Positions 12,906-40,051 are shown, counted from the first letter of the stretch. The stretch: 64,000 bases of DNA from Lepidodermella squamata (GCA_047495785.1 JBLDXI010000073.1:461239-525238), one strand, 5' to 3'. Numbers and translations: made by a program. The notes: generated from the letters alone by a model not told the origin.

Positions 12906-15900
12906 ATGACGCTGATACTATTCCTACTCTATGGTAATATCCTGAAATCACTTCATCAAATCATTCGGCTTGTTCCTCAAAGGTCTGTATGGGTCGAGCT
13001 TGGGATGTACGCCGAACGAATCTCAGAAGAAAAGCGCGGTAAATGATGGCGCTCGAATTGTAGCCCATCTCATGAAACTATTTTCCTAACCAGCTTTGGT
13101 GCTCGAATGGGGGAACTTTCGACTCGGCAAGCGGTTCTTGCATTTGCCCGCCTGGGTATGGCGGTTCCCAGTGCGAAAAATGTACGCAACTATCTTACGG
13201 AGATTCAACGTGCTAGTTTTTCCCGTTCGTCTCATAGTTACGTGCCCCAATTGTCTCAACGGAGCAAGTTGCAGCGGCCCGAACAAATGTAGCTGCGCTT
13301 CAGGCTGGTCCGGCCAGAACTGCGAAACTTGTAATGGAAATTAATCACTTATTGCCGTTAATATTCATCAATAACTAGCTAACTGCGTTGACCTACCCTG
13401 TCAAAATGGCGGAACTTGCGTCGGCGCTAACAAATGCAACTGCACAGATCGGTGGATGGGTCTAAACTGTGGCACCTGTAAGAACAGGGTTCTTCAAGGT
13501 TTAAAAGTGACTTTAATTAGTCTGATTCAGCTGCTTGCTCGAAGAACCCATGCAAAAACGGTGGGACGTGCATTGGCTACAGCCTTTGTTCTTGCTCGAC
13601 TGGCTACTCCGGTTCCGACTGCGGCAGTGGGTCATTTCAAAATTCGAAGAATGATTATCCTCCTTGTGTATTCAAGTTTTCTGCAATCCGCCCTGTGCAA
13701 ATGGTGGAATATGCCGAGCCGGTAATACATGTAGCTGCCCTGTTGGCTGGGCAGGATCGGATTGTACGACGCGTTAGTGCTATACAGAAATGCTGTAATT
13801 GATCTCATGAAAAAATTGAATCGCTATTCCACAGCTTCGTGCAACCCTGCGTGTCAAAATGGCGGGTCATGTACGAGCCAACTGACTTGCACTTGCCCTG
13901 ATGGCTACACGGGCCTTACATGTGGAGTCTGTACGTCGAAATAATTGTTGCCTCCCTCTCGTGAATGCTAACATTTCCCTTCAGTTACCTGTTCTCAGAC
14001 TTGTGCGAACGGCGGTAGATGCTCGGGGCCGAATACTTGCACGTGCGCCGATGGTTGGACTGGAAAGGATTGTACCACACGTATTTGCCTTCGATCATTG
14101 TGTTAGTTCCTCTCAGCCCGAATCAATTTCAGCCACATGCTCGCCGGCGTGTGCCAATGGCGTTTGCAAAGCTGATAAAACTTGCGACTGTACTGGAACT
14201 GGTTACACTGGAACTCGGTGTGAAACTGGTACGTTTAATCTATGCTTTGCGATCAAATCATCTTTAATTATATGGAAATTCCGGTGTAAACGATCATTTC
14301 CCCTTGTTTTTGCAGCCGTGTGCTCCCCTGCTTGCGTAAACGGCGGAGGTTGTTCGAGACCGAACACCTGCTCATGCATCAACGGTTACACTGGGCCTAC
14401 CTGTTCAATCTGTTTGTGATTTTGGTTGCCATTGAAATTTCAGGCTATATTAACTACTAATTCTACAGCATCTTGCTCGCCTGCTTGCTTGAATGGCGGA
14501 ACCTGCAACGGCAATAAGTGCACATGTGCCCCTGGTTGGACAGGAAATGATTGCTCTATTCGTGAGTCTTCTTTTCAAATATCCCAATATCCTAATAGCC
14601 TCCAGACATTTTTTAAAACATTTTGAAATATTACTCTGTTTTGAAAGCTTTACATCACAACAAATTTGCTTTGTTTCTTTTTATGCGAAATTTCCCATTC
14701 ATGCAACAAAAGCAAAGACCTCTCTTGGTCTTATACCGGGGTTCATTATGATAGCATTATCTCATGTAATAACGTGTATTCATTAATATTGCAGCTACTT
14801 GCACGCCGGCTTGTCAAAATGGCGGCACCTGCCTCGGTGGCAACGTATGCAAATGCTCGAATGGCTACACAGGCTCAACGTGCTCAGATGGTATTGCAAT
14901 AACAGACAAGTTGTTGGCAGCTTTTAATGATGATTTTCTCATGACGCAGCCGTGTGCACTCCAACGTGCAAAAATAATGGCCGCTGCACTGCGACAAATC
15001 TGTGCGCTTGCGACTCCGGATGGACTGGATCGGATTGCTCAACTTGTAAATCCTATATTCAATTCCTCTGATAAATTTAATATTTTCCAACTCCTGAAGC
15101 GGCTTGCTCATCGCCCTGCTTGAACGGAGGAGCTTGTTCAGGAACGAACAAGTGTACTTGCGTTAATGGATACACTGGGGCAACGTGTGCTGCATGTGAG
15201 TCATCGCTTCATCGTTATTGCCCGTCCATCTAATACCCATCCTTGTCACCAGATACGTGCTCCCAGACTTGCAAAAATGGAGGTGTCTGCATATCCCCAG
15301 ACAAGTGCAGCTGTGGTGATCAATGGACCGGAATCGACTGTAGCATTCGTAAGTTGAGATGATTATTTTTTAAATTCTGAGGATAAAATTATGGCTGCAA
15401 ATAATCAATTTTACTACAACTTTTCGCTGGAATATGCTTATCGAATATGCTGAATATAAAATATCATTGTCATTTCAGCCACGTGTACTCCAGCCTGTGC
15501 GAATGGCGGCATTTGCTCCTACGTCAACCTGTGTACCTGCGTGAACAACTACTACGGCTCGCGCTGCACGCAATGTGAGATTAGCAATAATTCGATTACA
15601 TCCATACAACATATGCTTTGTTCTTCAGTTTCCTGCATTAAAACTTGTCAGAATGGTGGCACCTGTACAGCCCCAAACACCTGCACTTGCGCTACTGGAT
15701 GGAAAGGAGATGACTGCACTACACGTAAGGAGCTCATTTCAAAGCTTGGGCCAATCAACAAACTTTTCAAACTTTTCCTAGCGATTTGTAATTCTCCGTG
15801 CCAGAATGGAGGAACTTGTATAGCTCCGAACACGTGCAAGTGCGACTCAGGATGGAGAGGGGCTACTTGCTCTCAGAGTAAGGAGTTTTATCAAGGGAAA

Positions 15901-16786
15901 ACAATGGTGATACTTGATTCTACCCTACAGCTAAGTACTATCTCTACGGGTCCCAAGATACTTTTCGCGTCACTACGACTGGTTGCGAGACTCCAACTAG
16001 CCGCGCTGCTGTAATTTACTCGCAGAGCGAATGGGAGAAGGCGAAGATTAGCCTGGGGACAAGGAGTAAAGTTTGGATTGCACTATCGGCCGGTTTTCGT
16101 TGGATATACGATAACTCTCATGTTGAACTGTCAGATGCCTGGGGAAGTGGTGAGCCAAATGGCGACGGCAGTTGTAAGTTTTCAAGATGCCGCTGTCTCT
16201 TTTTTCACTCGCTTGCGTATACTGCAGGTATGGAAATAATAGCAAACTTCAATGGTCTTAATGATTACGGTTGCACCCGAACTAGAGGCGTGGCAATCTG
16301 CCAGGACCCGGGCAATGTGAGAAAATTAGATTTAAAAGTAAAATAAGCCCGATTTTCGTCTACCAGGTGAATGCCATAACATATTTGCAAAACACTTTTA
16401 CTTGGGACGATGCAAAAGCTGCATGTGAATCAAATGGGCTGCGACTAGCTGTGGTTAAGACAACGCCACTGGCTCGGTCGATAGCCAGCGCCCTGTACGC
16501 GTTACCTGGGCAGGCAGGATGGATCGGTGGCCGCCGCCCAGAAGGCACTAATTTCTACTGGTCGACAGGCGCCACGGTCACGCCGAGCAATGTCATTCCG
16601 CCATGGGCTCCAGGCCAGCCTGAAATCGACGTCACCAAGCAATGTGAGCTGATAATTTACCTGTAATAGTCGTCTTTTTCAACATAAATTTCCCGTTATT
16701 CAGGTGTGAATATTGACACATCAGGCCAAATGACAGTCGAAGGGTGCGGCTCCACGTACGATTGTCTATGCGAGTATACAGCTTAA
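12906..16786 (+). CDS. Secreted EGF(17)-CTLD-CTLD protein, paralog C
   Basis: Signal peptide split over two exons; 17 EGF exons. CTLD1 has EPN...LND; CTLD2 GWIGGRRPEG...QPE; CEYTA-TAA at 16784-16786. No transmembrane segment. Confidence 0.9.
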
Positions 16787-18870
16787 AACGGGAATACAGC
16801 TTGGAGACACTGGAAATCAGCTTCAACAGCTCGTTGCCTAAAAACAAAGACAGTTACAGCCTCCGATTTTAAATAAATCCTGATCAATTTTAAAATGGAG
16901 ATCTCTAGAAATAATCACTAGAGTTGAGAGCGAAATCGTTACGCTCTGTGATGTTTTCGTACCGTGATTTGAAATGTTGCGTCCCAGGTCGGATAATCTG
17001 GATCCTTGACTTAAAATGGGGAAATATTGGGGAACAATTTACTGAGAAATCATTGAATTCAGTACCATATTGTTTCAATCAGTTCCAAGTCCTCATATTG
17101 ATACTCTATAACTCTAACCCAACCCTGACCAGTCAACTGAGAGCTTAGCCGGCAGTAGCTTAAGGTTTAAGTAACTTATACTTCGACTGGAAATGCTCCA
17201 GGCCTTATTGAAAATGTTTTGAAACGTGGGTTATCCAGCCAGGGACGCCCGGTCGACGAAGTAGGGACGATCCCTGACATCTCCCGGCATCTTCTTGACT
17301 GATTTGGTACCGCATTAGGATTTTCTCCTTGACATTCACCTGAAATTAGCAGAAGCAACCTGCAGTGGATAAATAATAGATTAGGATGCTCGAGGTTATG
17401 GGATTGCTTGAGGGAACGTTTTTGTTGTTCCATCTGACTAAATACTTTCCCACTCTCTGTTTTTCGTGCCTCAACCTCTCGAGGTTGGTGAGCCTACAAG
17501 TAATAACTAGTACCCAGCTCAAGAAGGTTAAGGCATTAAATAGCATTAAGCATATTTAAAATGAGCAGCAAATTTGAAAACTTATGCATACAACGTAATA
17601 TCCGACTTTTGAGACTTTAAACGAACAATAGGAGGGGTTTCCTACAATGCAGTCGTTCATCACATGACTTTTTCAAGTGCGAAACTGCTATTCTATTCCT
17701 TTTCCAAAATTCATCGGTAAAACATACTTATTTGAAAGCCATCAGACTCCTATGTGCATCCGCGTCCTTAACAGAGCCGTGTTGGCGTGAAGCTGGTTGC
17801 CTAATCTGTAAACTTGAGCTCAATGCCCGAGCATTTGAACAAAAGGGAAATTTTCGCGTGCTATTGTTTTTCTCTCCTTGAGAAGTGTTAAGCTTAAAGA
17901 AATTTTTCGTCCTGTCTGGCAGTGGCGTCGGCGTGCTCATCTGATAATTAAGAATCGCCGCCGGCCTGATCTTTAATATTTTTAAACAATAGGCTGGCGG
18001 CGGCGCTTGACTATAAGCTGAGCTCGAAATGGCAATTACTGATGCAATTAAGGGCAATATTTGCGCCAACGACGTCGGACAACTCGTGATTAGCACTTGA
18101 GAGAAATAACGTTATGGAGACTCCACTCAAGGAAAATGTTGTTAACTGTTAAGGCAAAGACGAAAATCGATGATTTACGATCAAGGCAAAAAATGAGCAA
18201 AAAATCGTCGCTTACACAAATTAAATCGCCATTTTTGAGCCACCCGCAATTACGCACTAGAGAATGACCAGTCGCAGGCTAACTTTACCGGTTTTCACCT
18301 TGTTAGACTCAACTAATCTCAAACCTAAATACATATTTAATCATTTGATTCGTTTCTTTCCGGAGGTCTAATAGAGGGGGGGGCATGGCTGGTTTTGCAG
18401 TCACAGCGACTGTCAGGGCGGGGTAATGCGAAAGTGGAAAGATCAAAACCTAACACCTACTCAGGCTTGAGAAGATTCTGCGTTTGATTTTTTTATACAA
18501 CCGAAACAATTCAAGCTGATTAGCGCTTAGCTTGCCGTCTTTCTTCAATTTAAAACGCGAATCAATGCAGTTTCATTGTCTCGATTCGAGGGGTTAATTT
18601 ATTCATGCTTATAATCCACCATTAAAAATATACTTCGAATAATAATTGTAGGCTTTGATAATATACCGGGGTTTATTATTATGGTATCATCAATTTTAAT
18701 GACCTTCCTTATTTATTATCCGTATTTAAAAGGATTAGCAGCATCCAAACATCTCTTCCATTCAAAAGTGAAGCTTTCCATTAAAAACAAGGAACTTTTT
18801 GTATTTACGATAATAAACCAGGGTTTATTACAATAGCATCATCTCTCTCTTAACTGCGTGTATACATGTA

Positions 18871-21152
18871 TACCTGCACGCCGTCTTGTCAAAATGGCGG
18901 CACCTGCCTCGGTGGCAACGTGAGCAAATGCTCGAATGGCTAAACAGGCTCGACTCAGGGTAGTGACTACTATTTATCCCCCAGCACAGCTTCAACTTTC
19001 TTTTTTTTTTATTTACGCAGAAATTTCGGCTTTTTTTATCACGGTGATGAGGTGCAGCCTAGGGCATTCACACTCTTTTTGAAGCGTTCGATGTCACACG
19101 TTGCGGGAAGCAAGTTTTTGGGAGTTCATTCCAGGTGTCTACCAATTTTACTAGCCGGTGGTAGGGCTCGATAGGCTTTCGCCTGTTATCCAAAGCAAAT
19201 TTTGACACCAATGCCACTTGATGCTAATGACGATTTGCTGAAACGCGTCAGCTAGTTGTTTTGATCGGTAGCTCCTTGAAAAGGTCACGGCGTGCCTTTC
19301 TTGGCCACGATGATTTCGTACATATAAGACGTAGTTCCGACAAATCGCCGATGTTGGAGTGACGGTAATTTCGTTTTCACAATCTTGCAAAAAAGGTTTT
19401 GAATGACTTCAGAATATCCGGTGATAAATGAGCCAGTGCCACCACAACTGTCTCGAGAATCAGCAATGCATGTCTTGAATGCATTCGCTCGAGTAAAACG
19501 GTGGATTTTTCCTGTTGCTGCTGCGACGCCTGCTCAATCTAGATCTGCGCGCCTTTCTTACGTCTGCCGCTGTTTGACCGCGCGTAGGCTAAGGTGTTAT
19601 CGACTCTTTTCCGCGAGTCCATCGACACACGATGAGCTCCGGCCCATGAAACCGCCATTTCTTCTCCCTTCTGGACAGCCTCAATCGACGTATCGCCCAA
19701 GTTGAAATCGTCGGCGAACGTGTATGTCGTCGGCGGGAACTCGATTCTCCGTAAATAGCCGAGTAGAGAAAAAGCCACAAGGTTGGTCCCTACCTCTTAC
19801 TTCCTTGGCATATCCCGGCAACTTCTTTATGTAGGCTAGAAGTGGCTCCAGCAACTAAAACTCGGAAGTATCGCTCAAACAGAAAGGATTTAATCAAGCA
19901 CTGAACTTGGCCTTGTATTCCCGCTTCCCATAGGATTTCAAGCAATAGCGGTCGATCGACGCGATCAAATGCGCCACTAACGTCGCAGAGTGTCGCAGAG
20001 TGAACTCTTAACGATCTTTGAAAGCCGACACAATGTCGATTTCCGCCGCAAACCGTGTGTCTGTCGTGCCGCATCCAGTTATGAAGGCTGCTTGGTCTGG
20101 CGGAATGCGGAATAATACCGTTGGCTATCGCTGTTTTTAGAACTGCCGCAACTACTAATCGCTCCAGTGCTTTGCCGAGAATTTACCCAATTCCGACCGG
20201 TCTGTATTGGATTCACCAGATTTCGCCTTCTTTTTGTGGATTGGGCAAATATTCACAAGCCAGGTACCTTCTCGCTTCATTTTTTCCCAGAGGACTAACA
20301 GCGGGTCTGCGATCCAATCGGCTAGTTTTCGCAGGGGCGTTGGTCCTATGTCTCTCGGGCCTAGGGATTTTCCAAGCTGCAGCGCTTTCAGCTTGGCTAT
20401 CATTTCATTCCTTGTGATGACTATGGTGGAGAGGATGTTGTTCGGTCGGCCGTCTTCTGTCCGTTTGTCGGTAGGTTGAAGTAGTTCCATTTTTCTGTCA
20501 CCGGGTGAATGAGAAAAGGCAAAGATTGGGGTCATACATCAAAGTGTGGACTGCGCTATCGGCCGAAGTTTAGAAAATTTTACTCATTCTGTTTGAAATC
20601 GTTAGAAACATCAATTTAGCTAAATAAATTCAGCATTCAGATGGTCATGGTTTGTACCGGTACAAAGGCCCTCTCATTTCTAATTAGGGTATGTAAATAA
20701 AGGTAAGGAGTGAAACGGTACCAACGGGACGAGAATCCGATTCTTATTCCCAATGTAATGGGCGCATGCGGGAATAAGGTTCTTATAAAACGCCGTTTTG
20801 CGCTTTATTCCATTAGGAATTAGGACGAAAATTGGCAGTATTGAGGACGAAAACACTTGTTGATGCAATGCTGATAACTACGTCGAAGTATAGCCGGTAA
20901 GCGTCCCGATGGCAATAATTCTGCTAAACTGACTGAACTCTACTGGTCGACGGGCATTGCTGTATCGCCGAGCAATGTCATCCCGCCATGGGCTCCAGGC
21001 CAGCCGGAAATAAACAAAAACAAGCAATGTGAGTTGGCGTAATTTGTTTTGAATATACTTATGCTGCTTCAAATGAATTACTGTTTCAGGTGTGACGATG
21101 TACACATTGGGTCAAATGACCGTGGAAAGGTGCACTTTGCGAATATACAAAC
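18871..21152 (+). pseudogene. Paralog D remnant (EGF exon with stop at 18871-18952; CTLD2 remnants at 20821-21152), interrupted by a LINE
   Basis: TCTPSCQNGG exon with TAA; [15 protein letters not shown] and [13 protein letters not shown] with indels. Downstream sequence matches that of paralog A. Confidence 0.8.
18995..20540 (-). mobile_element. 5'-truncated, decayed non-LTR retrotransposon (CR1/Jockey-like RT)
   Basis: KSLGPRDI, ICPIHKK, DVSGAFDRVD, GICQGS and FADD motifs across frameshifted ORFs. Poly(A) (T10 at 19001-19010) with AATAAA on the minus strand. Confidence 0.88.
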
Positions 21153-22536
21153 GAGAAGAGCCTATGAAAGCCAGACTGAACAAGTTACGTGACGATATGC
21201 TTTCAGATTTCAGTTCTATTAGTATTACTTCCGCAGTTTCCCCCTTGAACCTGAATCTACAAACATCGTTAACATCGTTGAAACATTCGGATTTTAGCCT
21301 TTTTACGTCAATTTGAAGGCCTTTGCTTCCTCTTCGTTCACGTAAATAAACGCTTTGATTTAAATCCGAGTTTTTAAATGGCATTAGGGTTTCAGGGTAT
21401 GTATACCTTCACATTATACCTTAAATTGTGAAGTCGAAAAGAATCATGAGAGCATGCGGTAAAGCAGTGGTACAAAAAACTATTTCGAGTACTGCGGCGA
21501 CACAATGCTCTAATCTCCAATGCCTTGCGACCTGAAAGAAAGCTCACGCCCAGCCGCGTTCGAGATCCATCGGCAGCTGCTTCAATTTCGTTTTCATTCT
21601 TGTCGATTTCTTATTCTAATTTACTATTCTAATTTACTATTTACTTATTCTAAAATATTGTTCCCCGTAAACCTTTCTCCCAGGTTCAATCAACAAACTC
21701 GAACGAACCAGCTCTGATTTCTGACTTACGGCGATCGATTGAGCAAAACTCATCTTCTTTTTTTGCGTCCCCACCGACATTTCGAGTTGATGATTCAGCT
21801 GAACATCTGTGACCCATGATGCTCCGTTCTTTTCTCATGGGTAGACAGTCTATACTCTTAAATTTTTAGTAGCCCAATCAACAGCAGACGTGGTTTCCCT
21901 GGGACTTAGATTTGCAATTGTTAATAACTTGGGAACAATGCGATCTAACACGGCCGCAGATCTCAGAACAATCCGATGAATTTAATCCACAAATAAAAAA
22001 ATGCTTGATATTATTGTCTTCATCCACACGAAAAAGTGAAGATCATGACGTTCGCTCTGTCTGCCGCGTGCTCATCTAATCATTGGGTTTCACGCCGGTA
22101 TGTTGACGTTAGCTCTTAGCCACGCCAACAAACACCGTCGAGTGCTCTTAACATCTATTACTTGAGCATACTTTAATACAAAGTAATTAACGTCTAGACG
22201 GCCGACGCCCCTTGATTCGTATCATCGCCTATGTTATCTTTACTAAAACTTCGGCGGGTGCTTTGCTGTCACGAAATGTTTTTTTACAAATTCTATACGG
22301 CAATCAAGCTAATTGTCACCGGCTGACGGCGCTTGGCGCGTCTGCTGCCAGACTGAGAATGAACTTTCAATTAAAAATACTATTCTTATTGTCTGCGATG
22401 CCCGACGCCTTATGATTAGCGTGGCCGCTCATATAACTGGGCGAAAATGAAGGTAGGTGCAGTATTACCCCGGCAAAAGTATAACGAAACCTCCATAATA
22501 AAGATGATGAGTTTCTCAGGACGATCTTCTGATTCA

Positions 22537-30792
<8,256 letters not shown>

Positions 30793-33515
30793 CCTGGAAC
30801 GCGAGAAGCAGCGTGCAAAACATTCGAAAAATAACATCTTTCAGTTAAAAATTGCTTCAGTTATTTTATGCTTGTTCTTGGATGTCTTTAATCTTCATGT
30901 TAATGAAAGCAAATAATTTATTCATCCGAATTGTTTGTTTGTGTATATATGTACATATTGTACGTATTTGTTCCATAAAGGTTCGGATTAATCGCGAGTG
31001 TCTTTGAGACGGATGACAGATATATGAAATATTTCACATGCCAAATCGTCAACAATAAATAATTACACATGTTCGTCTGTTTGAAACTAAATATAACTCG
31101 CATCATTGACTTCTATATTATTTCGTACGTGCTGGAAGTAAAGAAAGCAGATAATACACTTGAAAATTGTTTGTTCAGCATAGTGCGCAAGGTCACATTT
31201 CCTTTCAAGTTAGCTGACATTTTCGAGCCAAAACGTCTTCAGGAAGAAGGGAGAAGTCGTCATGAATGATCTGAGGAAGCGAAAATGACCGAGCATTGAT
31301 GTGGCCTCGTCGCGTCGCTGCCACCTCTGCCTGAGCTCCGCTTACCCTTTGATTTTTCGGTGGTTTGAACCCAATAAAACCGCTCACCAATTGCCTCTTG
31401 CTTAACATTAGCAAAGAGGCAACTTGCAGCGATTGTTCGGAATATCATGCGGAAGTTCAATTGGCTTAGACCATGACAAGGGTTGAATCTCTAGTAGCTA
31501 CTTGAGAGGCTATCATTCGTGATTCATCAACCTCCGATGCAAAAATGTATCGAAATATTTTGGATATCACCTTTGGATTTTTTTCACCTTATCTACAAAC
31601 AAATATGCGCCTTTACACCGTCTATCTCAGACGAACTGCCGTATTGACTGTGAAAAGTTTTCGTTCCATAGAAGATGTATCAACTTTTGGAATTCTTTAA
31701 AGCCTGAAACTATTAATTGTAGCTTTGAAAAATTTAAGATTGCCATTTCGTCGTCTGACTATAGTAAATTTCTTACCTCGTCAGCGAGGCGCCGTTGATA
31801 TATTTCAATGTATTTCTAATATGTATCAATTTTGCTTCATATTACCAATTGCTGTAATTGCTACTGCGGTGCTTGCAAGACACTTTTAAATAAATAAATA
31901 ATAAATAAATAAATATTCTGGCTATCAGAAGCGATACTTTTCGAGGAAGACTTGAACTAAAGACTTAAGTGGAGTGCTGATTTCTGAATTGGGCACCTCC
32001 TGATGTTGGCACCAGCTTTGCTAAAAGGCATCTGAATCGCGGGCAGCGGCTTTTGCTTACTTCTTGGAAATTCGAAGTTGCGCCAAACACTGCAAAATCA
32101 AGCAGCGTTGGAACGGGAGTAGACCAAGGTATAACCGGAATTATTTCCGGGAAAATCGCAGAGGACGGCTTCGGAACAGGTTAAGCAAAATTATCAGACA
32201 CTAAACGACGAGGGCAGAGTACCCAAGATGCGAGAACCCGTTGGCTTTCCACAGATCCCGCTGCCTCTACGGGTGTGACTTCGCATTGAGATGGGTTTTG
32301 TTCAAGTTTACTCTGGACCCTGGAAATACAGATCGAGCCAGGGCCTACGTTTTGCGACTGGGAGGCGAGCGGAATAGACAGAACCATGGTCGAGTCTCAA
32401 TAATTGTATTGCATTTCAGGAAATTGCATTTAAATTGACAACAATTGTTGGTAAATCGAATGTATATAATCCTTATTTTGACTTTCGTCCTACGATGAGA
32501 CTCGAACAACATTGGTAGAGATGTTAACACAGCAGATGGGCCATTGCGAGGACTGCATCGCTAATCAGATAAAAAAGTGGGTCAACAGCGCCTCGGAGTC
32601 TTCGAAATCCATACTGATGCTCAGGTAGCAGGCTCTGACGAAGACATTTTTTAGCATCATGACTGCCAGTTTTGTGAAGTTTCGCTGTCAGCAGTGACAC
32701 CGGGCGGTGTGATTCCTGGAGCTTCCTGCCGGGTAAACTATCGAAAATTTTAATATTTGCTATTATGCTGGAAGTTATTATGATACCGTACTGCCCGAAT
32801 GCCCGAAAAGTTAGTCAGCCTCGTATAAAGGTCGGTCTCAAGTATAAGACGGGGTTTCGACTTGTTCTGAAAAAAATTAAAGGACATGCCTAACATTTCT
32901 GGCAGTACGGTATATCCAAACATCACAATCATCAGTCATCATTTTTCGGGTAAGGCTGAGGGTATGGGTGCTGCCTGGAAGTCAGTTCCTTATGAAAAAC
33001 CTTGAGTATTGCCCGCTGGGGGGTTACAAAAAATGGTTGATATGCATAATTTAATCGTCCCCGTCCACACAGCAAAGTATCATAACACTTTCGCTTTGCC
33101 AACTAACTATCTCTGCGTGCTCACCTTATCATAGGGTTTCAACGCTTGTATAATATTGTGGTTCGTCAGGCTCACGAGCACCGGCCGAGTACTCTTCACT
33201 GGTAGTACTTCTAAAGCGTTCGTAGAAAAACGCAATAAAGAGTCGTGTGATTGTGTGGGCTATGTATCATTACTAAAACTGCGGTTGGCATACTTTGTTG
33301 TCGCAAACAATTTTTTTCATAAAACCTCCACGGCAAGCAAGCTAATTAACGAATGGCTCCTGTCGATTGGCACTTGGTGACGCCGCACGGCTCATTAGCG
33401 TGGCCTCCCATATAAGTGGAAGAAACTGAAGGTGGGTGCATTATTGATACGGTTAAAGTATAACGAAACCTCCAAATTAAAGTACACACGTTTCTCTGGA
33501 CCATCTTATTATTCA

Positions 33516-37706
<4,191 letters not shown>

Positions 37707-38328
37707 ACGCTGCATCAGTTTTGATAGATACTTTCGTTAATTCTTGATCGAAACCACTCTTTATTAGGATAATGTAACGTGAATATGAATAAAACATTCC
37801 CTTAAATTTCAAACACTTGTGTTTCCTTGGGCAACTTTCCTCGGGTCATCTGTTGACTATAATCATTCGGAACTAAAATTAATGGGTGCAAAACGGCTAG
37901 TTCCTTATACTTAATAGCTACCATAGACTACATCGTTGCTCAAATTTGAAAATATCTCGACAGTGGCCTAAGATTGCAACTCTCACAACTTGAAGCGGCA
38001 GCCCGGAAACCCTTACTGTGTGGTCTGATACCTGATACTAGTGCAAGTGGCGAAGTTCATTCATCGTTTAAAAGAGGAGCTTAGAAAAATTGAAGGATTT
38101 CAAGACCTGCTTTTACCATTGAGAAGATCGATGTCGCCATTCATGAAACTCTCCAATTTTTCCGAGCTCCTCATTAAAAAGATGAATGAACTTCGCCCCC
38201 CTGCACTAGTATCAGACCATACTGTAAATTGTGCGAGTATGCAGTTTAGGTTCATAGTGAAACTTCTCTGCAAATTTAGGGCACCGTCGAGGGGTATCAA
38301 TTTTTCAACACTCAGCGACTATAGCAAC

Positions 38329-38460
38329 CAGTGCGCGAAGTAGCATCCTCGAACTAGGGGGTATTTTCTGGCACAAATTTTACGACCAAAGGGTTTTTCA
38401 CTTTGGCCTGCCGATCTGGGGCGTACGATACCCCTCATTTCCCCCGTACCTCGCGCCCTG
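38329..38460. mobile_element. hAT-type MITE, 8-bp TSD ATAGCAAC
   Basis: TIR CAGTGCGCGAAGTA / TACCTCGCGCCCTG; TSD at 38321-38328 and 38461-38468. Truncated relatives at about 36270-36339 and 48688-48812. Confidence 0.88.
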
Positions 38461-40051
38461 ATAGCAACTGCTGCAAATTCGATAATGCCGTTTTGAGAGC
38501 TCCTTAATTTATATGAGTTCCGACTGTTGATGGTCAGACGATGAGCCTAGGAAGACTCATTTATTTGGAAGAAAAACAAATTCGAAAATGTCGACAATTT
38601 TCACGCATATTTAGGGAACCTTACCCTAATATTTATTACAAAATTCATAACCGGTATTCTTCTTTTAACTGATACGTTTTGTTCATCTTTTTTGACGAAT
38701 TCAACCGACTCTTATGCACAACGGAAGCCTCGAATAAACCAATTCAAAGATAAAACTTGGACAGTCAGTGGTTTTGTCTAATTTTGTAGCGTTATATCTT
38801 CAACAAGGTTGAAAAGGTGAGAACAATTTCTTTGAGATTGTCTAATTTTATGCTTTACGCCTAACGCCTACGCCCAGTGGATGGTAAAAAGCGATGTGAC
38901 TCTGTGCCGATGGTCTTGAATTTGACAAAATGCTTATCAAACTGACTCCTAAACTGTTCACTCAGAAATTGCATTAATGGGTATATTGTTGTGGAAAAAA
39001 CGAAGATTAAATCATTGCGCGCGAAGCCATTAACTCCAACAAAACGTGAGTGCGAAATTGGCAATAGTTCATGAGGCGAAGCAACAATAAAACTGTTATT
39101 TTTAGAGTGTTAATTACCTCCATGCGCTCATCTCTGTCACAGAATTTCATTGCTTAAATATTATGGTTTAGCTATTATCGAAGCTGAGCAAGACCGGCCA
39201 AGCGGTTCCCATCGCTAATTTACTCAGCTCAATGATGTATCTTACCTTTGAAACTGACGAGAACAATAATCGGAATCACAGCAACCTTTCGCATTTCCTC
39301 ACGGCGGCGCAAAAGTATCGATATATAAGGCCATAACTAAGTAGTTATTTTTCTAAATTTTCGTAATTTACAGCAGCAGGAAAATAGTACAGCAAGCATA
39401 TAATTTTGCTGGCTATCAGACTCAATAAGAAAATTCCCGGCACCAATTTTTGGCGATTTTCTACAGAATATCGAAAATGACGATTTTTTGCGAATATTGC
39501 CCTTTGGTACTGGCAGATAGTTCCTTCAATAAGAATCAGAAAACTCGGGAATAAATTCATAGCTAAGTCATAAAATGATGAATTTGGCACTGTTGTAAAG
39601 ATCGTGAAACGTGTCCTGTTTTGGCTTTGTAACTGGCGGAAGCGTAAAAATGGTGCTTTTGATGTCAGTCCTTGATATTCGTCCTTCCAGGCCACCATTC
39701 CGCGGCCTTCGGCTGCGCCCCTGGCCCACATAGAAAGCCTTCTTGCCTTCAGGCCAATATCCATCGTGCTATCCACCAATGATATCCACCCGTATACAAC
39801 GAGCAAATTTGGCTCTGCTAAAAATATTCTGTTTGATAATAAGCATACATCTTGGTGTGATGTCTCCTTTTCACCTAAAAGACGGAAATTAACTTTGATT
39901 TGACTCCAATATTAACACATGGTAACATTGAGTTGCGCCCGCTTGGCAAATCTTTAATCTCAGTGTTACTCTTGTCGTGATTTTGTAGCACCAAACCTGT
40001 AATATGTTTAATTGCATCATTTTGATCCACCATCGTTGGCCATATTATTAA

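Larger units (their letters stand above)
10414..14161 (+). repeat. Perfect tandem duplication, unit 1872 bp
   Basis: ORF track repeats with offset 1872 (e.g. 11214/13086). Microhomology TGGC at 10414, 12286 and 14158. Confidence 0.95.

Noticed and set aside
21462-21472. AAGCAGTGGTA resembling the SMART / low-input amplification adapter
   Set aside because: Only 11 nt match, and it lies within a collinear genomic spacer.
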